IMG/VR virus record: IMGVR_UViG_3300017963_000281
Span: 238 to 64,237 of that record
Strand: one strand, 5' to 3'
Length of the DNA stretch: 64,000 nucleotides
From: a virus
Lineage: Duplodnaviria > Caudoviricetes
The notes beneath the pieces are model-generated. The model ran no database searches, had not been told where the DNA came from, and was given only the letters and a program-made list of their open reading frames with translations. The position numbers and the translations under genes are program-made. Within the stretch, counting starts at the first letter, position 1; every line of letters starts with the position of its first letter. This document shows positions 10,465-22,900 of the stretch, one piece after another.

Positions 10465-10959
10465 ATGTTTCTGGGACACTATTTAGATGTTACGAGGCAT
10501 AAGACACTCGTGTTTTGGTATTCAGTAAAATTTTGTGGATATGTCCTTTACCGGGCGCTCGTCCATGATTTAAGCAAGTACCGGGATCCTGAGAAAAGCG
10601 GGTTTTCGCTAAATCGTGATCGCCTAAAAAAGATAGCTTACAATGACAAGCAGTATGCAACCGTTCGGGAAGAGAGCCTGAAGGAGGCGATTAGCCATCA
10701 TCACAAAGTAAACAGGCATCACCCAGAATATCATAAGCGTGGTATAAGAGACATGGGCCTGATCGACTGTACCGAGATGCTGCTTGACTGGCTTGCAACT
10801 GCCAGGGCATCAAAATTTGGGGATGTATTTGTATCTATCGATAAGGGTAAAGAGCGATTTGATTTGCCAGATGAGATGGCCACCATACTTAAAAACACCA
10901 CCAAAGAGGCCAAGAATGAACGAACTCGACAGAATGTGGGACGCAGGAACAGAGGTTGA
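10465..10959 (+). CDS. HD-superfamily hydrolase (DUF5662-like)
   Basis: H...HDLSK...HHHKVNRHHPEY...DCTEMLLDW motif series; GGAG RBS; AT-richer than neighbours. Confidence 0.8.
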   Translation: MFLGHYLDVTRHKTLVFWYSVKFCGYVLYRALVHDLSKYRDPEKSGFSLNRDRLKKIAYNDKQYATVREESLKEAISHHHKVNRHHPEYHKRGIRDMGLIDCTEMLLDWLATARASKFGDVFVSIDKGKERFDLPDEMATILKNTTKEAKNERTRQNVGRRNRG

Positions 10960-13900
10960 CCAGAACTGGGATCCAGTAGGAGGCGGAAACACGTTTGATG
11001 AGTCAGGCTTCCAGAACTGGTATCAGAATTGGGCCGACAAGACCGGCATCAATCCGGATCCGGATGACCCACTGCACAAATATGATTACCGGGCAGCCTA
11101 CTCTGCCGGCGCCGAGCCCCAGCTGGCCGACGATGGCGCATATCACTGGCCGAGCGAGCACAAGGCTGATGATCACCCGAATAGGTTTGTCGACGGAATG
11201 GATACCAAGACCGGCACGCCGGCGCCCATGGGCGGGGCAGGCCTGGTGCCTGACGACCTCTGGGAACAGGGGATAGATGCAGATCAAAGCTTCCAGCCGA
11301 CCGGGGCAGCCAAAGCCCAGCAGCTCGAGGAGATGGGCACGGCCGGCCGCCTCTGGGAAGCCGGAAAGGCTGCCGGCAGCCAGGCGATTACCCTATTTGC
11401 TGATATCCTCCCGGGCACGATCTACCGAGGCCTGCGTGGTGGCGATGACGAGCTCCATGAGACCTGGTTGGACCGCCAGATATCGCAGAACGAAGCCGAG
11501 CGCGAACGCCGGCGGAACCTGACGCCTGAGGAACGGGAGGTGACCGCCTTCCGGATTCCGTTTACCGATATCGATGTCAAATTTGGTGACTTCGAGGACA
11601 TCGCCGACAACCTTGGATATTCCCTGGGCAACGCGATCGCCATGGCCGGGACCAGGGCAGCCACGGGAGCGGTATTGAGCCAGATCCCGTACGTCGGCAA
11701 GGTCGGCCAGAAGATCATCGCCCCTACCGTTGGGGCCGTTGGGGCCACCGCTTTTACCGCTCGGGTCAGCAAGGACCAGTTCATCGATGACCTCAAAAAA
11801 GAGTGGATGAAGCAGCATCAGGGCAAGCTGTTGACTCCGGAGCTCCAGCAGCAATGGAAAGAATTCTACGAGCAGGCCGCCTCGGATGCGACGATATACG
11901 GTCTCTGGGAAGCGGTACCGGAGACAGTCAGCAATATGGTGGGCTGGGGCATCGTCAAGATGGGGTCCGGCAAGACCGCCCAAATGGCAGTGTCCGGTAT
12001 TAAGAAGAGGCTGACCAACAAGGTCGGCAAAATGATCGCCAAGAAGATGGGGATCCCGGTGGCCAAGTTGGGTGCTATGTGGACTGAGGAGCTGATCACC
12101 GAGATGATCACGACCAAAAAGCAGTCCGAAATTGAGCATGCCAGAGGCCTCCGGGATAAACCGCTGGGATGGATCGAAGCCCTCAAAGAGGTGGCGCCCG
12201 GTGTCCTGCTGGCCACTCCGTTGATGGCTGCCGGGTTCAAAGGCGCCCAGAAGGTGGCCGAAGGTGCCAGCAATCTCGGTGTAAAAGAGGTCAGCGAGGA
12301 CGAGCTCGTGGATCTTGATGACCAGCGAAAGCCGCCTCCATTGCCCACGGCCGGCGCCGAGGAGATCGCCGCGAGTCCGCTGGTGCAGAAATTAAAAGAG
12401 GACTATTCCGCCGGCATCGTCACCGATGAGGATATCGCCCAGATGCGTGAGGGCATGGACGCGAAACATCCGCTTTACCAGGCCCTGGATACGATCACCG
12501 GGGCCGAGGTGGCAGAGGGCGAGCTCCAGGAGGAGCAGCTCACCGAGGGCCAGGCCAAGGCCGAGGAGGCCCTGATATCGGCAATGAGGAAACAATTTCC
12601 TGAGGGCGAGATCGCTGCTCAGGTTGTAGGAATGCCCAGCAGCAAGGACCTGCAGTCAGTACAATCGGTTGGGGAAGCGCTCGGCGTTAACATCGTTGTC
12701 TTTCGGGGGGAAAGAGAGGCCGATGCCTTCAATGGTCTATACCATGAGGGCACGATCTTTATCAATGAGAACGCCGAGCGCCCCTACCTTACCACCCTGG
12801 GCCATGAGAGCTGGCACAAAATCGAGACCGAGCACCAGGACCTGGCCAAGCAGCTCATCGATTCGATGAAGGTCGAGGATCTCGGGTTTGAGAACTATCT
12901 AAACGAGCTGAACAAGTCCAGGGTCGACAAGGGTCTGGAGGAGATCGGCATCGATGACGCCCTTGGAATGGAGGAGCTCCGAGCTGATTTTGTTGGCGAA
13001 CAGTTTGTGAGGCCTGAGTTCTGGCAGAAGCTGTCCGAGAAAAATCCGGAGGCAGCCAAGAGTCTGGCCCAGGTCGTTAAGGATATCATCGATAAGATCC
13101 GGGCATACCTGCAGGGTCAGAAGGCGGTTCCGGCCTCAGCCTTTAAGGATCTCAACGGTGTCCAGGATGCCCTGGCCTCTGTCTATACCGAATTCGCCAG
13201 GCGGGAGAAGGGTGTCGTCGATGAGACGGTCCAGGAGGTTAAGACCAAGAAGCCCTCAAACGTAACAAAAGAGGCTCCATCCGTAACAAAAGAGCCCTCA
13301 AACGTAACAAAAGAGGCTCCATCCGTAACAAAAGAGGCCTCAAACGTAACAAAAGAGAAGCCCGAAACCAAGGGCCCGAAGCCAAGCCTGAAGGAAGGTG
13401 GTGTCAAAAAGGTCAGACCGGGGCTATACCGAGCGAAATCAGGTGGCGTCGAATATGTCGTCGAGAAGCGGCCATCGGATGAATACGAAAAATCTAAACC
13501 GTGGGTGCTCTCCGAGATTGTAGCCGGTAAAACGGAGCCCATAACTCGAGCTCGGACGGCTAAAGAGGCCATTGCCCAAATTGGCATGACTCCATTTCCT
13601 GAGAAGCCAGACAAGTCCAAGTTCAGCGTCAAGAGCCCGGAGTTCAAGAAGTGGTTCAAAGAATCAAAGGTCGTAGATGAGACGGGCAAGCCCCTGGTTG
13701 TTTACCATGGAACCAAAGATCCTTATGTGACCAGGTTTTCTCATGCAATGGGCGGGACTGGGGTGGTCGGGGCTGCTAAATCCGGCGCCTTCTTTTTTAC
13801 GTCAGAGCGCGATAATGCCGAATATTACGCTGACTATACTGACTTGCCAGACTTCTCGGAGTATAGTGAACAGGAAATAGATGACCTGCGCGAATCCATC

Positions 13901-16900
13901 CAGGTGTATGGAGAGGGAAACGAATGGTATAACCTCGTCCAAGATGAGAACGGAGCAGACATATTCAATCAAGGACCATTCGACACTTTAGATGCGGCGG
14001 AGGAAGCAGCGGAGAAAACGCTCGATGGCGCAGGGTTTACCGACCAAGACCCTTTTGTCAAAGAGGTATATCTTTCGATCCAGAATCCCTTTGAGACCGA
14101 TGACCTCAAGTACCGCCAGGCAGATGAGATCAAAAAGATAAAAGAGAAGGGCTACGACGGAATTATCATCCGCGACGTCGTAGACGGCCTATATGAATCT
14201 GATATTTATATCGCTTTCGAGCCCAACCAGATTAAGTCTTCAACCGGCAACGTAGGCACATGGGATGCCGGTAATGAAGACATCCGCTTTAGCCTCAAGG
14301 GCCCGGATGAGGATCCTGTCGTGATCCCGGAGGCCCTCGAGGAATTCGAGGACTATGAGGATGCGGAACCCACCTATCGTGGCGACGAGTTGGCCAGAGC
14401 GATCAAATACCTGCATGCCCTGGAGCTAAAATACAGCGCCTATGATTACGCGAATCCCAAGGATGAGCTCGTCGAGAAGTACCAGGCCGAGACAGAGGAC
14501 GAGATCAACGAAAAAGCCGACGAGGTCATCGATGTCCTGAACGAGGTATATGACCACTGGCTGGAGCGCCATGAAAGCGCTGAAGGCTGGTTCAATCAGT
14601 TCTTCGACCCGGACGAGGAACTGATGCTTTATTCTGAGCCCACCATGGCCTTTACGGATGGGGAGGTTGGATATATCAAGGCAGGCAATACATGGACGGT
14701 AGATGTCAGGGATGAGGTCCTGAAGGCTGTCGAAGAAGAGCACGGCATGCCCGGGATTCCGGAAGACATGGACGACGTTTTTGAAGAGCTCGAGGATTAC
14801 GGCGAAGACGTCGATGATATGCGCCAGCAGTATGAGGACGGAGAGATCGAGGAGTGGGACATCAAGGAGCGCCTGGAGCAATTCCGTTGGGAGGATTATT
14901 CCTATGCCGATAAAATCATTGAGCCCACCAGCCAGAGTATCGGGGAAGCGCTCGACGCCAATGGATGGTACAGCCCGATCGGCCAAACCATCAGACAGGT
15001 ACTTGAGACGAAAGGGTATGAGGCCTGGCGATCCAACTGGGGAAGCGAGCTCACCGACGCCGAGGAGCGAATTAGGGAGCAGCGCGACCGCCTGGAGGGG
15101 GCCGAGAGCGTCCGGGAAAAGATGTCCGCGATTACCTGGGCCCTGAATGAGAGCCATGTTTATGGGACCATGTCGGAGCATATGGACATCTGGGAAAAAG
15201 ATCTCAACGAGATCAACGAGTTGGGCGACAGGATCCAAAAATTTGAAGATATTCTCAAAGACGAATACAGGTTTAAGCCGAAACAAAAAGAGATGCCGCC
15301 CCTGGTGCAATCATCGATGTTCACCCGGTTAGGCATGACGCTGCCGAAGTTTAGCGTCAAACAGCGCAAAAAATTCCATGAGATCTCGAAGGCAATGAAC
15401 GCCGGCTTCGCTCCAATGCCGAAGCGCAAGAAGCTCACGGGGGGCAAGCGCCTGGGCGCCGTCCTGAAGCGGATTCCGGAGATGACCAGGGAACAGCGCC
15501 AGGAGGCAGCCCGGATTGTATATACCGATGAGTTCTCGGCCGACGAGAAAGCAAGCCTAATCGAAATGATAATGGAGGCAACCGATGCGATCCGGATGCC
15601 CTCGAGGGGGGCGCTGGTTGCATCAGTCAAACGCGCCAAGCCACGGAAGGTTGTCGCCGGCTTCAAGTCTCAGGCCCAGATCTCGAAAGAAAAGCTGGAA
15701 AAGCTGCAGGCCAAGGGCGACATCGACTTTGAGGACCAGGACGTTCTGAATGCCGTTATCGCGCTGTCTGATGATAAGGTTAGCGGATTCAAGGAAGCCC
15801 GGGTCGGCGATGCCCGGATGAATACGGTCGTCAGGGCAATCGAGTTTGTGGAGCAGAACGAAGGCGTTCCGGCCGTGTACGTCGAAATGGACCTGAAGAA
15901 CCTGGGCGGGATCAATTCCGCCTTTGGGCATAGTGAGGCGAATAAGGTATTCCGTACTCAGGCCGACATCGTCAAGAAGGCCATGGGCGCCCTGGACGCC
16001 GACGTCGACCTGTTCCGTCACGGTGGCGACGAGATGTCCGCCGTTGTTGTCGGGGCAGATCCGGCTACCGTGGACTCCGCCATGACGGAGGCGGTCGATG
16101 CGATACAGAGGTGGGCATCGAGGACCAAGGCGCCGGCCGGCAAGGCGCTGACCGACATACCTCACCCTAAATATAAGGGTGATAAGTCCAAGGCTGGGGT
16201 CGGAATTGTATTTTCAACAACCGAAATCCATCCCGGGGCCGTACCTGAGATCGTATTTCAGTCGGCCGACACGGTGTTGGAACAACGAAAGGTGGAGGGA
16301 GCTGATGAGTTCTTACAGCAGGTTAGGGAGGCTCGGACTGGTGCATCTGATAGACGACAAGGACCAGCTGAAAGACGCGCTAAAGAAGGCGCGAAAGAAG
16401 ATAGAGCGCGAGATGGAGCGAAGGCGCGTGGCGTTTCAGAAAAACAATCCAAGGATAAGGTAGGTCGATTTTCTGTCAAGAAAGAAGACAGGCCCATCAG
16501 AAACTATGCGCGGATTGGCAGAAGGCGCGATGACGGGAAACTTATGAAGGACGTCGAAGGCCGCAAAGCTCGCAAGATGACCAAAAAAGAATATCGGGAG
16601 ATCAAGGACAGGCTCAAACAAGAAGCTGAGACGGAAGCGTATTTCACCTCCAGGAATCATCCCGGCAACCTGGCCCAGCGGTATAGCCTTAAGCGGTCCA
16701 TGATCGACGACGCCGAGGACCGTGGACTGCTGAACGCGGATGGGCTTAGGGTAGCCGACTTGGCAGAGCGCTGGGCAGAGTTTGACCGGCTGATCAAGCT
16801 GGGAGGCGCCGGGAGGCCTCAGCACAACGCTTATAATATCAATCAGCAGATAAAGAAAATCAGGGGCCTCAGAAAAAAGATCGAGGCGCTGGAAAAAGAG

Positions 16901-19900
16901 TCCGGTGTCCAGATCCTAAACAACGGGAAGCTCCGTATGCACCCGATGGAACTAAAAATGGTTCCGTCCAATGTGGATACGAAGTTCATCAAAAAAGGCA
17001 CGCTAAAGCCACTATACAGTGGCTTCTTCCGGACGTTTATCAACGAATATTTCGATAACATGCCGAACGAGGAGCGAGAGAATTTTCGCAAGTCGATCGT
17101 CAAGGGTGTCGAGCGAACCTACAAGGCCGGCGCCCGCGGTCTTGTGATCAGCGGGGTGGGTAAATCCGATGACTATCGCATAAGCTCTGCATTGCGGAAG
17201 GCAAATAAGACAGTCGCCGCCCTAAACTTTAACCAGCAGTGTCCGATGTTCGTAATTGGCGGCCACGGGTGTTACCTGGACGGATGTTATGTCAGCGGTT
17301 TGGCGATGAACGGCCAGGGCGTCCAGTTCTACCGGTCTGCCATGTACCTGGGAGAGATCCTGCAGCTTCGCGAAGACCAGATCGCCATGCTCAATAATGT
17401 CGGTGGTCTCCGGATTAATGGTATGGGTGACACGCAAAAAGAGGACCTGGACCAATGGAGAGATGCCGTCAGGCATGCCCATATGCGAGGTCTCAAGCTG
17501 AAGATCATCACCAAGCAAGATGCGACCATGTGGATTATGGATAAGTTGGTCAAAGAAGGTGTCCCGGGCGCCAGGAAGATCGTCATTCAGCCGACAGTGG
17601 ATCCGTACTGGATCGAGGTCAAACACGATAATCTCCCGGGCAGCGCGGTTGACACTCTGCAGATCTACAAAGCGGCTGCCAGGGGCACGCAGGCCAGCCT
17701 GGAAGCCGCGGCTGATATGTACGCTGAAGCCGGCCGGGAGGCCAGGATATTCAACGGCAAGTTGTATCGCAAATATGGGTACTCCTGGGACCGGATTAAA
17801 GAGATCTCGAAGAAATACCCGCATCTCAAGATCCAGCCGCGCCTGGTGGTATCGACGCCTCTGGAGATCGCAGAGTCTGCTCTCAAAACGCCTAAGGCCA
17901 TTCAGACCTGGATGCATGCAGCCCTAAGGCCTGGGATGTATTCGGACATCGAGGGTGGAACCCTGGGTGAGGACGTCGAGGCGCTAAATTTTGACGGCCG
18001 GATCCGGGTGGACAAGATCAACGGAGAGTGGAGGCTGCTCGCCCAGGGGCCCAAGGGCGACATAATCGGTCACGAGGGTTATGCGTTCACCAAGACCGAA
18101 AAGTTTATCAAGGACAATTACACTCCCAGGCAGGCAGATAGAATCTTCCGTGTCCTCCAGGGGCAGCTCGAACAGACTCCCTCCGCGCTCTGCTGTCAGA
18201 TTGGAGCGTCCGCGGATGCGTGTAACGACTGTACATCTCACTGCCACCAGGGGTCCTGGCATACCGGCAAACGCCTGGCACGCATCGCCGAAGCTGGCGG
18301 GAAGATCATAACCAATGTCGTGAAGAACGCGACGATTTACAACCCAACCTGGAAGGCCTCGGTCAAAAGATCTAAATGGTACAGCCAGGCCGAACGGGTG
18401 CTCGACCAGAAGCTGCCGGGATCCGGTTCGCCGGCCAACATGCGTCAGGCGATCGAAGGCTACATCCGCAAGGGTGACGTCAAAGCCGAGGAGATTGAAT
18501 GGAGCGGTGTTCTGGACTGGATCGATGAATACCAGGAAATGAAGGAGCTCGAGTGGGCCGAAGCCCAAAAGGCCGAAGGTGAATTCTCCAAAGAGGAGGA
18601 CGAACTATACACCAAATACCTGGAGGGGATTCTCACCCATGAAGAGTCGACCAAGGCTATCGAGGACCTTAGGGCCCGAACCCGGAAAGAAGCCAAAAAG
18701 ATAAAGGCCAAAATCACCAAGGCCGAGGTCCTTGAATATTTCCGGCAGAACCAGACGGAGATCAAAGACGTTTTGTATGAAGAAGAGGCAGCCGGCGACG
18801 AGCGGATCCTGGTTGAGCCGGTCGACTTTCCGTCTCAAGGCGACTATATGGGTGTCGACGCGACCGAGGTCGAATACCAGCTGGAGGTCCTCAGGGACGA
18901 ATATCCGGATGAAGACGAGGATTACCTTGCCCAGCTGGCCCAGGAGAGAGCCGAGGAGAATGCCCAGTATGAATATACGGACAGTGAATATGGGTATCGG
19001 ATAATAGAGACGATGTTCATGGGCACCGGAGAGGATTATACGGTATATGATCCCGACCATAATATCATTGGCAACTTTGACAGTTGGGATGAGGCCGAAG
19101 ACCATGTCGAGAATCATGCTCTTGATAGGTTCGGTACCTGGGAAATTGAGGACGAGACCCATTACAGTCAATATAAGCTCGAGGGTGGCAAAAAATACGC
19201 CGAGCTGCTGATGGTGCTCCCAGACCAAAGAAAGGCCAAGATCGACAGGCTGATAAACCGAGTCAAAGAGCGGCTCGGCAAGCCTGATCTCTGGACAGAA
19301 TCCGTAATTCCTCAGATGACTCCAGCGGAGCTCAAGGAGTACGAGGCCCTGGTTGAGCAGCCGAGAAGAAAGGGCCGGTACGAAAGCAGCCATTGGCAAT
19401 CAGACCCCAACGTATTGGTCCATGTCAGGTACGACGATCGCGAAACATACGACGGCGAAAATATGCTTTTCATCGAGGAGATCCAGTCTGACTGGCACCA
19501 GGAAGGGCGCAAGGATGGGTACGCCAGCAAGCCTAAAATCCGGAGGGTTGGCAAGGTCAAGGTCTGGACCCAGAAGGATTTTAAAAAAGCTCATCGGTCG
19601 TGGCCTCTTGATAGTATGATGGACGTCCAGGACACTCCGATCGACTTGATGAAGGCTGCAACAGACGAGGAGCAGCAAAGGCTAACAGAGGCTATCGTTC
19701 ACAACCAGGGGAAGCTGTCCGATGACGCTCCGGTCTATACTGTCGTAGGCGATGACGGTAAAATTAAAATAGCGAACATGATCTCTCGGTCGCTGGCAGA
19801 GAAGGAGGCCAGAAAATATGAGATTGTTATCGATGAGGAAACCGGCGCCGTTGCCATCGGCAATATGGGCACCCATATCCGCTTTAAATCAAAAAAAGAA

Positions 19901-22900
19901 GCCAGGAATTGGTACTGGGATAAAGGCCCTGGGGCCCAGATGCTCCCGGATGCTCCGTTCAAGAAAGATTGGCCGCTGCTGGCCTTCAAGCGGATGATCC
20001 GACACGCCGTCGACAACAACTATGATTCGGTTGGGTGGACCACCGGGGGGCAGCAGGCGGATCGTTATAACCTCCGGAAATTTATATCGGCTTTGCACTG
20101 GAAAGTCGTAGGTAAAAACCCCGAGGACAATACATTCATCTATCAAATAAATGCCACGCGGGTTGACCAGGACGGCCGAGTGGAGGACTTTGGAACAAAA
20201 ACAGTCGACGAGCTCGTCGACCTGGTGGGTAAAGAGATGGCCGACCGGATCGTGCAGGCCTCCGGAAAGGGCCAGGTTACAAGGTATCACGGCCGGGTCA
20301 ACGAATACAAAGCCACATCAAATAAAGAGACCGAGGAACAGGCATGGGCGCAGCTCGAGAAGTGGAAGGTGAACAATAAATATACCCCTCACGATAAGTT
20401 TGATGTCAACACGGTCACGCTGCCGGCGCACGGGACGATCGATGGCGAAAATCTGGAGATCGGCGGAAGTGGCATGAAACAGTTCTATGACAAGATCCTG
20501 CCGAACGCCGTCAAAAGATACTTTGGCAAAAAGGCCTGGGGCAAGCCGAAGCTGAAGCCGGCAAAGATCTATACGGATCCCAATCCTCGATACCTGGTGG
20601 TAGGCCGCCGGTCCAGCGAGGACCCCTGGGGCGAATACTCGAGGTCCTATGCGACCGAGGGCACCGCCAAGGCCGAAATGACTTTCCTTAACAAATCCGA
20701 GGACGGATGGGAATTTAAGGTCATCCCGGATCCTGACCGGCTCGAAGAGATCTGGAGCATGGAGATCACTCCAGAAATGCGCGAAAAGGTGGCCAACGAA
20801 GGCCTCCCGCTGTTCTCCGTTAAGGCCGGCCCGATTTGGTACAGCCAGATGGCCGATGTTCTGGCCACCAAGCTGCCGAACAGGGGAACGCCTGAGCAGT
20901 TCGAGCGAACGATCAGGGCTTTCGCAGCCAAGGGCGAGTTCAAGGAAGAGGAGCTGCAGTGGTCAGGCCTGGAAGCCTGGCTCGATGAGCAGGATGCGAA
21001 GGCGAAGGTGTCCAGGCGGGACATCCTGACATACCTGAAGAGCAACAGCATCCGACTCCAGGAGACGCAGCACGCTGAGGCTGGTAAGATTTTTGGCTAT
21101 GGCATCAATGAGGTCGATAGGTCTGAAGAGTGGTATGTGGAACAGGGAGACGAGGAAGATGAGTGGTTTGTCATGGACGACGACGGCCAAATAATCACAA
21201 GGTTACCAAGCCTAAAAGAGGCAGAAGATTACATCGATGACGCTGAATTCGGGTACCAGGTCTATGATTTAGACTCCAGCGACGTAGTCCAAACCTTCGA
21301 AACCCGAGGTGGCGCCGAGTGGTTCATAGAGAATATGGGCGACGGTAGCCAGTGGTGGGATAGCGACAACCTACGAGAAGCGTCCGAAATCATAGAGCAG
21401 CTCGAGCATGATGGCTACGAGGTTCACGCAGAGCCCGACATCGAGACCGGAGAGCCGATCCCCAACAGGGTTACCTGGGATTCCGGATCGAAGGAGGTCG
21501 AATTCCCTATGATGTTGATCGAGGACGACGAGATCGACGCTCCGGATGAGGATATAGCTGCAATGCGCCGGCTGGATGAGTTGATCAGGATGGAGGGGTC
21601 TCGGGCGGCGTCATCGGCTAAATATCCAAGCTATGTCCAGCCTGGTGGTGAGAACTACCGTGAGCTGTTGCTGCAGATGCCTGAGATCATAACTCCCGAC
21701 ATGATGCGATCCATCATGCCGATGGAAAGCACGATGGTTGCTGATGGTACCGACGTCGAATTGATTGTCCGCGGCAAGGTGATGAACTGGCGCGATGCTA
21801 TCCGGGAATTCCTGGACGATTCTGAGATCAACGCAGACCTCCGCATCAAGACGCTTGAGAAACTCAGGGAGGATGTCGGCAACTGGCGCTGGAAACAGTT
21901 TATCAAGGACAACCTGGTTCCCCAGATCAGGGTGGCCGCCGGCGCCACAAGCGTTGGACCGGATCCTTTCCGAGTCAGCCACTGGGACGAGGACAATGTC
22001 CTGGCCCATGTACGCTTCGACGAGCGTCGTGATGCCGAGGGTGTCCGGACCCTGCATATCGCCGAGATCCAGAGCGACTGGCACCAGAAGGGGCGGAAGG
22101 AGGGATACAGGGACGAGTCCAATCAGGTCTTTAGAATAAAGTTTGCTAACGGTGACACCTACAATACGTTCGACACCAGAGAAGAGGCCGAAAAAGTTGT
22201 TGAATCCCTGAACAAGGATGAATCCTGGGAGCCGGGTCTGCGCGGCAGATTTTATGTCGACAAAGAGGCAGAGAATGCCAAAGGCGTCCCAGACGCTCCT
22301 TTCAAAAAGACCTGGCCCATCCTGGCCATCAAGCGCATGGTCCGTTTCGCAGCGGAGAACGGGTTCGATCAGATCACCTGGGATCCTGGCCAGGTCCAGG
22401 CCGACCGGTATGATCTATCAACAAGGATTTCGCGGATAGTCTGGCTCGAGCATGCCTCAACGCTCAAGGCCTATAATCATAGTGGCGAAGAGGTGATAAG
22501 CGAAATCTCCACGAGAGAGAAGCTGCCAGACTACATAGGGAAAGAGGCGGCCGACAAGTTGCTGTCGACAGAACCCAACGAGTTTAAATATGGCCCAACT
22601 CAGCGCAAGGGCGTTGAGTACATGCTCGAAGGCGAGGACATCAAGGTCGGGCACAAGGGAATGAAAGGCTTCTATGACAAGATCATGGTCAAAGAGGTCA
22701 ATAAATTCTTCAACAAACAGGCCTGGGGCAACGCCAAAGTCGCGGTCACCAAGATTGATACGACAACGACAAATCAGCTGACGGCGAAGCGGAGGTATGT
22801 CGGCCCTGAGTTGACGCCGGAGGAAATATTCGCCCTGGCCCGGACTGGTAATTTTAACGCGACGGTTACCGGGCAGCTGAATGGAATGGCCCACGACATC

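Noticed and set aside
10784-10915. Upstream start of the giant ORF given in the ORF track
   Set aside because: Lies inside the HD gene; ATG at 10916 has an RBS and gives a more plausible N-terminus
13253-13357. Tandem 21-bp repeats as a CRISPR array
   Set aside because: No spacers, in-frame coding linker, no cas genes
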